A stretch of DNA of 64,000 nt from Saccharospirillum sp. (GTDB lineage: Bacteria > Pseudomonadota > Gammaproteobacteria > Pseudomonadales > Natronospirillaceae). Under the pieces are notes generated by a model. That model was not told the DNA's origin, did no database searches, and saw only the letters and a list, made by a program, of their open reading frames with translations. Location of the stretch: positions 76,898-140,897 of the forward strand of contig NZ_JBDWXV010000003.1 in the NCBI RefSeq assembly GCF_039982735.1. Reading direction: 5' to 3'. The position numbers and the translations under genes are program-made. Shown piece after piece: positions 1 to 8,608 of this stretch (position 1 is its first letter; each line of letters begins with the position of its first letter).

Positions 1-233
1 TGGCCGACTGGTGGCCCCCAAACACTAGCCTGCCGGCGCGCATTCTGTGTGGCGATCAGGACACCATTACCACTCCCGAGACAGTACAGGCGCTGGCTAC
101 AGAGCTCTCTCTCCAATACCGGAGTATCGCCTGTGCAGGGCATGCCAGTTACCTCGATGCGCCCGAGGCTTTTGCCCGGGAACTGATTGACCTTGCTGGC
201 CAGACCAACTTTGAAATGGAGCACCAACCATGA
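1..233 (+). CDS. alpha/beta hydrolase, C-terminal fragment (5'-truncated by window)
   Basis: Frame from nt 3 reads ...ARILCGDQDTITTPETVQALA...AGHASYLDAPEAF..., the GxxD and GH acid/His motifs of alpha/beta hydrolases. Its TGA (231-233) overlaps the next ATG (ATGA). Not in the ORF track. Confidence 0.75.
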   Translation, partial: ADWWPPNTSLPARILCGDQDTITTPETVQALATELSLQYRSIACAGHASYLDAPEAFARELIDLAGQTNFEMEHQP

Positions 234-1024
234 GTTTTATGATTGAACAGCGCGTCGCGGTGGTAACCGGTGGCTCATCTGGAATCGGACTTGAAACCGT
301 TCGTCTGTTGTTGTCACAGGGTGCAAAAGTGGCTTTTTGCGGACGCAATGAAGACCGTCTAAACACCGCGCACGATCAACTCAAAAACGAGTTTCCCGAC
401 GCAAACATCGTCGCCTTGCAATGCGACGTACTCGATGCGGATTCCTGCAAGCAGTTAGCGGCGAATGTGGTTTCAATGCTCGGTCCGGTCGACATGCTGA
501 TTGCCAATGCAGGCCAGGGTTTTGTAGCTCGTTTCGACGACACACCCAGTGACGCCTGGCTATCGGAAGCCAACTTGAAATTGTTTGGAGTTATCAACCC
601 GCTGAATGCGTTTCGGAGCCAGCTTGCGGCATCCGAGATTGGTTCACTGACCTGCGTCAATTCTCTACTGGCTGTTCAACCCGAGCCGCATATGATCGCG
701 ACCTCCGCCGCCAGAGCCGCACTGTTAAACATGACTCACTCTTTAGCCGACCAACTGGTCTCCGAGGGTATTCGCGTTAACTCGATTCTGCTAGGTGTCG
801 TTGAATCCGGCCAGTGGCGTCGACGGTTTGAACGGCGCGGCGATCCCAGCCAGAGCTGGGAAGAGTGGACCGCAGGCATCGCCACTGATCGCGGTGTTCC
901 CATGAAACGTCTCGGCAAACCGGAAGAGCCAGCACGAGCGCTGGTGTTCCTGGCTTCGCCGCTGGCCTCTTTTACCACTGGCGCCGCGCTGGACGTTTCC
1001 GGCGGGTTTAACCGGCACATATAG
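230..1024 (+). CDS. short-chain dehydrogenase/reductase, atypical active site
   Basis: TGGSSGIG cofactor motif, ANAG motif, C-terminal TGAALDVSGG. TSAAR stands where YxxxK is expected. Confidence 0.9.
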   Translation: MSFMIEQRVAVVTGGSSGIGLETVRLLLSQGAKVAFCGRNEDRLNTAHDQLKNEFPDANIVALQCDVLDADSCKQLAANVVSMLGPVDMLIANAGQGFVARFDDTPSDAWLSEANLKLFGVINPLNAFRSQLAASEIGSLTCVNSLLAVQPEPHMIATSAARAALLNMTHSLADQLVSEGIRVNSILLGVVESGQWRRRFERRGDPSQSWEEWTAGIATDRGVPMKRLGKPEEPARALVFLASPLASFTTGAALDVSGGFNRHI

Positions 1025-1037
1025 GAGAACCCGCACA

Positions 1038-1832
1038 ATGACACAACGCATCATGATGATTGGCTATGGCGCCATGGGACGGGAAGTTCACCGCCTGCTG
1101 CCTGAAGGTCTATCTCTGGGCTGGCTGGTGCTGCCAGAAGCAGACATCGAAAAAGTCACCGCCGAATTACCGGCCAGCACAAAAATACTCAGCCGCATTG
1201 ACCAGTGCGACGCCGAGCCCACGCTGGTGGTTGAATGCGCCGGACATCCTGGTCTAGCCGCACACGGTGAGGCGGTATTAAGCCGCGGCTGGACCCTGGC
1301 CGTGGTATCCATCGGTGCTCTGGCCGACCCGGCCCTGTATCAACGGTTGCGACAGGCAGCAGTTGACGGAGGCGGACGGTTGCAGATTCTCTCAGGCGCT
1401 GTCGCCGGTATGGATGGTCTCGCATCAGCCCGCGAAGGCGGGCTGACCTCGGTTACCTATGAGGCCCGAAAAGCGCCGAAAAGCTGGAAGGGCTCACCGG
1501 CGGAATCAATGATCGACCTGGACTCAGTCACCGAGGCGACGGCCTTTTTCGAAGGCAGCGCGGGTGAGGCTGCCCATCAGTTTCCGGCCAATGCCAATGT
1601 GGCAGCGACCATCGCGTTGTGTGGACTCGGCATGGACGACACAAGGGTCCGCTTGATGGTAGACCCGGATACAAAATGCAACACCCACCGCATTCATGCC
1701 GTAGGCGAGTTTGGTGAATTTCAGGTTGAAATGCATGGCAATCCGCTCGCCAGCAACCCAAAAACCTCCATGCTGGCTGCACTGTCTGTTGTGCGTGTCT
1801 GCCGGCAATTACTCGACCCGGTGGTCCTGTAA
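1038..1832 (+). CDS. nadX: L-aspartate dehydrogenase-like (NadX family)
   Basis: GYGAMG Rossmann motif, VECAG, SIGAL, SGAVAGMD, FPANANVAAT and NPKTS motifs typical of the family; 264 aa. Confidence 0.88.
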   Translation: MTQRIMMIGYGAMGREVHRLLPEGLSLGWLVLPEADIEKVTAELPASTKILSRIDQCDAEPTLVVECAGHPGLAAHGEAVLSRGWTLAVVSIGALADPALYQRLRQAAVDGGGRLQILSGAVAGMDGLASAREGGLTSVTYEARKAPKSWKGSPAESMIDLDSVTEATAFFEGSAGEAAHQFPANANVAATIALCGLGMDDTRVRLMVDPDTKCNTHRIHAVGEFGEFQVEMHGNPLASNPKTSMLAALSVVRVCRQLLDPVVL

Positions 1833-1862
1833 ATCCTTTAACCGACCTGACGGAGAACGGAC

Positions 1863-3329
1863 ATGTCACACCCAATCTACATTGGAGGCCACTGGCGCGA
1901 AGGCCGCGGCGACGTCATCGTTTCCCGGTTTCCGGCAGACGATTCGATCAATGCCGAGCTGCGCGCGGCCAGCCTTGAAGACGTCGAAGACGCGGTCACC
2001 GCCGCCGATGCCGCCTGGCGCGACCCGGGCTGGGCTCAACGACTGCCACACCAACGGGCCGAAGTATTATACCGGGTCAGTGACCTGATCATGCAGCAGT
2101 TGGATACGCTCTCACGGCTGCAAACCCGCGACAACGGCAAGCCACTGTCGGAAACGCGCGCCCTGGTCGCCAGTGCCGCCGGAACAGCACGTTATATGGC
2201 CGCGGCCTGTGAAACGCTCGAAGGCGAATTGCCGACCCGGCGCAGTGCCGAGTTCATGACCTTCAGTGAATACGAACCCCTGGGTGTCATCGCTGCAATC
2301 ACACCCTGGAATTCACCAATAGCCAGCGACATGCAAAAAGTAGCTCCGGCATTGGCCGGCGGAAATGCCGTTGTATTAAAGCCGGCTGAAGCGACCCCTT
2401 TGATGGCGCTTAAACTGGCTGAGTTGTTTGAACAGGCCGGTTTACCAAAAGGTCTGCTGAGCGTATTGCCCGGGCGCGGCAGTGTCATCGGTGACGCACT
2501 GGTACGGCACCCAAAAGTTCGCAAGATTTCTTTTACCGGTGGCACCTCTACAGGCCGCCACCTGGCTCACATTGCGGCCGACAAACTGATTGGCACCTCG
2601 TTGGAACTGGGCGGCAAGTCGCCAACCATCGTCTGCAAAAGTGCGGATGTGGAACAGGCGGTACGTGGTATAGCCTACGGCATCTTCAGCTCGGGCGGTC
2701 AGGCGTGTATTGCTGGTTCCCGGCTGTTCATACACGAGCGTCAGTACAATGCTGTCATGGCTCGGTTGCTGGAAGTTACCTCGGGTCTGCGTGTAGGGCA
2801 TCCGGAGACTGATGGCGTTCATATTGGGCCGCTGATCAACACAGCCCACCGCGACAGTGTCTCGGCCTATGTTGATCAGGCAAGGCAGGAAGGCGGCAAG
2901 GTGTTGATCGGTGGCCAGGCACCCGATGATCCCGACCTGGCGGGTGGTAGTTATTACCTGCCCACCATTATTGAAGGCTTGCCGGCCAACAGCCAAGTCT
3001 GCCGCGAAGAAATCTTCGGGCCCGTGCTGGTCGCCCTGAAATACAAGGACGAAGCCGACTTGATACGTCAGGCCAACGACAGCGTTTATGGCCTGGCAGC
3101 GGGCATTTGGACGCAGGATTATCGTCAGGCCCTGACCCTGGCGCGTCAACTGGAGGCCGGAACTATCTGGATCAATACCTACAAAAAGTTTGCTATTTCA
3201 ACCCCGTTTGGTGGTTTCAAAGAGAGTGGGCTCGGCCGCGAAAAAGGCCGACAAGGTATTCAGGCCTACATGCAACAGAAAAGCATCTACCTGGGGCTGG
3301 ACTCGACACCCATGGGCTGGAGCCAATAA
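1863..3329 (+). CDS. NAD(P)-dependent aldehyde dehydrogenase
   Basis: ITPWN, KPAE, FTGGT, ELGGKSP, catalytic Cys in GQACIAG, EEIFGPV, PFGGFKESG. Confidence 0.95.
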   Translation: MSHPIYIGGHWREGRGDVIVSRFPADDSINAELRAASLEDVEDAVTAADAAWRDPGWAQRLPHQRAEVLYRVSDLIMQQLDTLSRLQTRDNGKPLSETRALVASAAGTARYMAAACETLEGELPTRRSAEFMTFSEYEPLGVIAAITPWNSPIASDMQKVAPALAGGNAVVLKPAEATPLMALKLAELFEQAGLPKGLLSVLPGRGSVIGDALVRHPKVRKISFTGGTSTGRHLAHIAADKLIGTSLELGGKSPTIVCKSADVEQAVRGIAYGIFSSGGQACIAGSRLFIHERQYNAVMARLLEVTSGLRVGHPETDGVHIGPLINTAHRDSVSAYVDQARQEGGKVLIGGQAPDDPDLAGGSYYLPTIIEGLPANSQVCREEIFGPVLVALKYKDEADLIRQANDSVYGLAAGIWTQDYRQALTLARQLEAGTIWINTYKKFAISTPFGGFKESGLGREKGRQGIQAYMQQKSIYLGLDSTPMGWSQ

Positions 3330-3356
3330 CAACACCCCTGTTTCAGAGGACATCGT

Positions 3357-4991
3357 ATGAGCACAATTACAGTGGGTGAGGCCATCGCCCGGACCCTTGA
3401 AGTCTACTCGGTCACCGCCGTTTACGGCGTGATCTCCATCCACAACTTACCCATCGCCGATGCGCTGGGGCAACGTGACCGAATCCGTTTTGTTCCAGCC
3501 CGCGGCGAGGCAGGTGCTGTCACCATGGCCGACGCTCATACCAGAGTCGGTTCACTGGGGGTTGCATTGACCAGTACCGGCGCTGGCGCTGGTAACGCTG
3601 TCGGTGCCTTACTTGAGGCCATGAACGCCGGTACGCCTATGGTCCATATTACCGGCCAGGTTGAAAAAGCTTACCTGGACAGAGATGCGGGCTTCATACA
3701 CGAGGCCCGTGATCAAATGGGCTTTTTACGGGCCAGCTCCAAACAGGCCTATCGGGTCTGTACGCCTGAGCAGGCAGTACCGATGCTGCACAGGGCCATT
3801 CAAGATGCGACGACGGCACCTTGCGGCCCGGTCAGCATTGAAATTCCCATCGACATTCAAGCTGCGCAAGTCGAATGGCGTGACACCACACCGCCCGCGG
3901 CAGCGCCCATGGCCAACCTGGCAGAAGAAACGATCACTGAACTGGTGAACGCAATACGTGAGGCGCGTCGCCCAGTGCTCTGGGTCGGTGGAGGCGCCCT
4001 GGACGCGGGTGTGGCCGTTCGCAGACTGGCCGACCTGGGTGTTGCGGTTCTATCCACCACTCATGGCCGTGGCATTCTGCCAGACAGCCATCCACGCAGC
4101 TTACGTGCATTTCACAATGCCGAACCGGTTCAGACCTTGCTTGCCAACTGCGACCTGATGCTCGTCGCTGGTTCACGCCTGCGCAGCAATGAAACACTGA
4201 CCTACTCATTGGCATTACCCCGCCCACTGCTGCAAATTGATATAAACCCGGCCGCTAATCAGCGCAACTACGACATCGACGGTTTCTTCTGCGGTGACTG
4301 CAACGATGCGTTAACCAGACTGGCCGACGCACTTGAAGGCAACTGGCAAGCAGATACTACCTTTGATGCTGACATCGCAAGCGCCGTGCAAAGCTCGGAG
4401 GACGCATTGCGCATTCAGGTGGGAGCCTACGCACGACTGTCGGATGCAGTGCACAAAGCGCTGCCCGTCAACGGCTTGTTTGTCCGTGACATCACGGTCT
4501 CAGGCAGTACCTGGGGAGCCCGACTGCTGCCTGCCGAAGCACCTCTGGGTAATATCCATTCCCTGGCGGGCGCCATTGGCATGGGACTGGCCATGGGTAT
4601 TGGCTGCGCTGTTGCTCAACCTGAGCGAAAAGTCGTGACACTGGTCGGCGACGGTGGGCTTGCTCTCGGACTCGGCGAGATAGCCACCCTGGCTCAGGAA
4701 CAAGCTGATATGGTGCTGCTGATCATGAATGATGGTGGTTATGGCGTCATGCGCGGCATCCAAACTAAATACTTCGAGGGTCGGCAGTACTTTAACGAAC
4801 TCCATACGCCAGACTTCGGAAAAATCGCTGAAGCAATGCAGCTACCCTTCTGGAAGGCGAGCCATGCCGACGATTTTTCAGCAATAATGACTGAAGCGGT
4901 TAATACAGCTGGCCCGGCAATCGTAGAAGTCGATATGAAGAGTGTTGGCGAACTTAAATTCTCAGGGCCACCTCAGAAGAAACTGTACTAA
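3357..4991 (+). CDS. thiamine pyrophosphate-binding enzyme (acetolactate synthase/decarboxylase-like)
   Basis: N-terminal RGEAGA Glu, TSTGAG, and the TPP motif GDGG...NDGGYG; 544 aa. Confidence 0.92.
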   Translation: MSTITVGEAIARTLEVYSVTAVYGVISIHNLPIADALGQRDRIRFVPARGEAGAVTMADAHTRVGSLGVALTSTGAGAGNAVGALLEAMNAGTPMVHITGQVEKAYLDRDAGFIHEARDQMGFLRASSKQAYRVCTPEQAVPMLHRAIQDATTAPCGPVSIEIPIDIQAAQVEWRDTTPPAAAPMANLAEETITELVNAIREARRPVLWVGGGALDAGVAVRRLADLGVAVLSTTHGRGILPDSHPRSLRAFHNAEPVQTLLANCDLMLVAGSRLRSNETLTYSLALPRPLLQIDINPAANQRNYDIDGFFCGDCNDALTRLADALEGNWQADTTFDADIASAVQSSEDALRIQVGAYARLSDAVHKALPVNGLFVRDITVSGSTWGARLLPAEAPLGNIHSLAGAIGMGLAMGIGCAVAQPERKVVTLVGDGGLALGLGEIATLAQEQADMVLLIMNDGGYGVMRGIQTKYFEGRQYFNELHTPDFGKIAEAMQLPFWKASHADDFSAIMTEAVNTAGPAIVEVDMKSVGELKFSGPPQKKLY

Positions 4992-5190
4992 CGTCGGTGA
5001 AAGCCTCAGGTGTCTTAATGAACTTGAGGCTCCACAACAGCAACACCTTATCAGTAGTAAAGTTAGAGTCTCGCCAGCCACCTGAAGCGGTTCAGGTAGT
5101 GAAGAAAATATAGGGAACAGGAATACAACCCGCTCTCTACCGGGCATTCAGATGAGGTGGCGGGTAATCACAAGTGCCCCCCCCTACAGG

Positions 5191-5895
5191 TCAAAACCCC
5201 TGAGATACCTCGCCCAACGACATGAGCAACTCGGTCTCACTGTCTTTATTAATGCCCAGGTAAACATCCACTGTCTTCACTACCCATGCCGATCTGGGCA
5301 TGGGGTAGCCCGCCTGGCGGGCGATGCTCTCTGCGTTCACGTTATAGGTTACCCAGGCATCAATATAGCCCAGGGTCAACTTTTTGAGGTTCAATGCATC
5401 GTAGGGCAGTTCATCCACATTTACCCCCCGCTCCGTCAGGTACTCGGTAATGGGCGAGTTCTGATACCCACCCACTCTCATACCCTGCAAGTCATCCAGA
5501 CTGCTGATCTCACGGTCACTGCTTGCCCGGGTGTAAACAACCCACTGGTACTCCGCTAAAGGCCCTATGAACTCAAAGGTGCTTTCGAGGTCGTCATGCC
5601 GTTCCAATGGAAAAATGCCATACCCTGGTCTTTCGGAAGCACGCCGGTAGGAGATCGGCCAGGTGCGCATCTGGATACTGTAGTCAACATCCACCTGATT
5701 CAGTATCTGCCGTACTCGCTGTGTTGTCTCGTCCTCCAGATCAATGGCACCGGTCTGACTCTGCAAATCGGTATTATAGTGAAACTGGCCATAATCCTCT
5801 TTCATAACCCTGAGTTCGGCAGCGGACAATGAACTGCACAAGGCCATCAGAACGGCAAACCACGTGAAATACTTCAATTCTGCACAAAAAGTCAT
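5191..5895 (-). CDS. periplasmic substrate-binding protein (polar amino acid/family 3-like)
   Basis: Start moved to the ATG at 5895 (aa 68 of the track ORF), which gives a signal peptide (MTFCAELKYFTWFAVLMALCSSLSA). Contains PLxR...FxGP, SLDDLQGMRVG, KLTLGYIDAW and YLGINK motifs. Confidence 0.75.
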   Translation of the reverse strand: MTFCAELKYFTWFAVLMALCSSLSAAELRVMKEDYGQFHYNTDLQSQTGAIDLEDETTQRVRQILNQVDVDYSIQMRTWPISYRRASERPGYGIFPLERHDDLESTFEFIGPLAEYQWVVYTRASSDREISSLDDLQGMRVGGYQNSPITEYLTERGVNVDELPYDALNLKKLTLGYIDAWVTYNVNAESIARQAGYPMPRSAWVVKTVDVYLGINKDSETELLMSLGEVSQGF

Positions 5896-5908
5896 ACCTA
5901 CCCCCAGA

Positions 5909-7993
5909 CTACAACTGGAATCGTTTAATCGCCTGGTCAAGATGATCGGCGATTTCATTAAGTTCGGCGGTTCTCTGAACAGTCGACTCAAAGTCTGCTG
6001 CCACGACGGCACCAGTGTCACTAATGGTATTGGTGCGTTTGGTGATGTCTTCCGAGACCGCCTGCTGTTCGTCCGTGGCCACAGAAACCTGCCCATTAAG
6101 TTCGCTTACACGGGCGATGAAAGTGAGGTATTCGCTGAATGCTCCTTGCACATCGCCGACGCGACCGGAAATGTCATTCGCATCTTTTACGCTGGTAGAG
6201 ATAGACGCTACCGCCTCCCGGGACCCTGCCATCACACAGTCTATTTTTTCCGCAATTTCCTGGGTGTAGGTTTGCGTGCGACTGGCCAGTGTACGAACTT
6301 CATCGGCCACAACGGCAAACCCTCTTCCCTGCTCGCCAGCTCGTGCTGCTTCAATAGCAGCGTTGAGAGCCAGAAGATTGGTTTGCTCTGTGATATTTCT
6401 GATTACGTCGAGAATCTGGTCAATACCGGCTACTTCGCCATCAAGCGTCTCTATAACACCGGTCGCTTCCTGCATGGAAACGGTCAGTTTTTGATTGGAA
6501 TTAACGGCGGCTCTGACCGCCGTTTCTATATCATGAGCTCGCTCCTCGCTGCGCACCATTTCACCTGCAGCCTGCCGGGTATTATGTGCCACGTCACGAA
6601 CACTGGCTGCCATTTCAGTGACCGCCGCCGCCACCGAGTTGAGATCTTCACTCTGAAGGTTTAGGCGGGACCGCACAGACTTCGTTGATTCAGCAGTATC
6701 TGTGGAAATTGCATTAATATCGCGGTTAAGGTCAGCAATCCTGACGATCATCTCTCTTATCTTGTCGACCAGTTGCTCGGTCGAGTGAAAAATCTCGCCA
6801 ATTTCATCATTAGGGTAATTACCCACCCTGGCGCTGAAATCACCGTTACCCACCTGCTTCATATACTTGCTCAGCCTGTGAATGGGACGGCGCACACTGC
6901 GCACCACAACCCAGGAGACCGCCAGACACAGCAGCAGTATGACAATTGTAGCCACGATGACGATGTAGCGACCAACCGCTACCTGATCCAGCGCCGCCTC
7001 ACTGATGCCTGTTACTGCGGTATCGACTTGCTGTGACAGTGCCTGAAGGTTTCCGCCCGTATTGGCAAGACTGGCTTGAACGGCCTCTATCTTACCGGGC
7101 AATTCTGAGCGTATATCCACAAAGAGGTTGGTTTGCCGGGCGATCAGTCCATCGTTGGCGGTTGCCAGACTGTTAACCTGGTCAAACAAGGGATCGATTG
7201 CATCGTTATAGTCAGCAAAAGCAGGGTCAGCATCGACCTGATCGAAGATATCAAAGGTTAGAGTGGCAACCGCATCCAGGCTGTCTCTAAGGTCTGCCTG
7301 GGCAGACTCAATAACATCCAGACTGTCAGCCAGGGAGGCATTGATCGCCAGCAAGCTGACAGTGTCGAACAGTCTCTGTAGCCGAAAGGCAAGGGTTACT
7401 GCTTCAGGCGCTTCCATTCGAGCGAGGTTGGTGTCAAATGCCGGACCGGCTTCGGCACGCAGCCGGTCTATTTCCCCTCTGACCTCGGTAATGCGGGTTT
7501 CGGCTTCTATGGAACGCTCGTGGGTATTCATGTTCAGCGCTACCCGTTCGAACTGCTCCCGCGCCTGCTGCACTGACTGCGTTAACCGCGCTTCTAGCTC
7601 TGGCGACTGACTCAGTAAGGGAAAGTCAGTCGCCAGTCTGTCTGCCCTCTCATTGAAAGCCTGGATGTCTGACTCGACTCTGCCACGAATGGTCGCCATG
7701 ACATCCGCTTGCCTCGCGTTATAGTGCTCGGCCGCACCGGTACTGATGTCTTTCAACGTCAACCTGGCATCTGCCAGTGCTTCCTTTACCGGCAAGGCCT
7801 CAGTAACAAGGGAGTTCACACTCTGGCTGGACTGTTGCAAACTGAACAGACTCACACCGAGCATACACAGCACACCAATACCGACTAGTCCAAAGCCGAC
7901 ACTCAGACGGGTCACCAGCGTCAGCCGCGGTAAACTGAGGTACTTTTTCAACACTGTGATCCGGGTCATTCCAAGGGAACTGACAACCATCAC
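5909..7993 (-). CDS. methyl-accepting chemotaxis protein
   Basis: Two TM helices flank a helical periplasmic domain, followed by HAMP (DEIGEI) and the signalling hairpin QTNLLALNAAIEAARAGEQGRGFAVVADEVR. AGGAGG RBS upstream; the start may be the ATG at 7990. Confidence 0.95.
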   Translation of the reverse strand: MMVVSSLGMTRITVLKKYLSLPRLTLVTRLSVGFGLVGIGVLCMLGVSLFSLQQSSQSVNSLVTEALPVKEALADARLTLKDISTGAAEHYNARQADVMATIRGRVESDIQAFNERADRLATDFPLLSQSPELEARLTQSVQQAREQFERVALNMNTHERSIEAETRITEVRGEIDRLRAEAGPAFDTNLARMEAPEAVTLAFRLQRLFDTVSLLAINASLADSLDVIESAQADLRDSLDAVATLTFDIFDQVDADPAFADYNDAIDPLFDQVNSLATANDGLIARQTNLFVDIRSELPGKIEAVQASLANTGGNLQALSQQVDTAVTGISEAALDQVAVGRYIVIVATIVILLLCLAVSWVVVRSVRRPIHRLSKYMKQVGNGDFSARVGNYPNDEIGEIFHSTEQLVDKIREMIVRIADLNRDINAISTDTAESTKSVRSRLNLQSEDLNSVAAAVTEMAASVRDVAHNTRQAAGEMVRSEERAHDIETAVRAAVNSNQKLTVSMQEATGVIETLDGEVAGIDQILDVIRNITEQTNLLALNAAIEAARAGEQGRGFAVVADEVRTLASRTQTYTQEIAEKIDCVMAGSREAVASISTSVKDANDISGRVGDVQGAFSEYLTFIARVSELNGQVSVATDEQQAVSEDITKRTNTISDTGAVVAADFESTVQRTAELNEIADHLDQAIKRFQL

Positions 7994-8187
7994 GGCCTCC
8001 TATTTGTTATTTTGGCCAGTGGTCTATAGATATTTTCTGTCACTGTTTGCTTTATCAGCAAGCCCCGGTTTCAGGCCGTTGCCACCGACATAGCACGCTA
8101 TCTCGATGGCTCAACATCCCTTGAACCGGGGTTGATATCAACGTGTTGGCTGTCCCCCCCCAGAAATGGAATATTACGCGCTTATCG

Positions 8188-8586
8188 TTAATGCTTGTGA
8201 CCACAGCTACCGCCTGAACCATGGCTGTGACCGCAGCTGCCGCCGTGACTGTGGCTATGTCCTTTAGCCGACCCGGTACTGACACCCCCGTGCACGGTGC
8301 GTCTACTGTTGACCGAGCCATAGACCGGGGTTTCCCGGCTATTGCTGTACATCTGTTGTGCTAGTGCAACGTTAGAGGCACAACCACAGGCAGTGGCAGC
8401 GGCACTTTTGTAGTTGACCTGGACGTGCTTTTTGAGCCCTTTCATGTGCAGTGCCGGAGCACCCATGATAACGCGCTCCAACAATTCTCCCGTCTCCGGA
8501 TGAGAGGTCAGTGCCGGGTCATGAATGCTGTGGGAGATCTCAAAGATCTCCCCGGAGTCGGTTGCCCGATAGGTGTAGGTAGGCAT
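8188..8586 (-). CDS. FmdB-like zinc-ribbon protein lacking canonical Cys, with His/Cys-rich tail
   Basis: MPTYTYR...GEIFEISHSIHD...HPETGELLERVI matches the FmdB pattern without the CxxC pairs. C-terminus is GHSHSHGGSCGHSHGSGGSCGHKH. Lies 22 nt downstream of the M24 gene. Confidence 0.75.
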   Translation of the reverse strand: MPTYTYRATDSGEIFEISHSIHDPALTSHPETGELLERVIMGAPALHMKGLKKHVQVNYKSAAATACGCASNVALAQQMYSNSRETPVYGSVNSRRTVHGGVSTGSAKGHSHSHGGSCGHSHGSGGSCGHKH

Positions 8587-8608
8587 AGTGTTTCCTCAAT
8601 TCCAATAC

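Noticed and set aside
5864-6664. 266-aa plus-strand ORF
   Set aside because: Antisense to the MCP signalling domain; no family motifs.
8059-8142. Loose inverted repeat CAAGCCCCGGTTTCAGG...CTTGAACCGGGGTTG plus a GTTGATATCAAC palindrome between the FmdB-like gene and the MCP
   Set aside because: Imperfect, single copy, long loop. It could be a terminator or operator, but the support is too weak to call.
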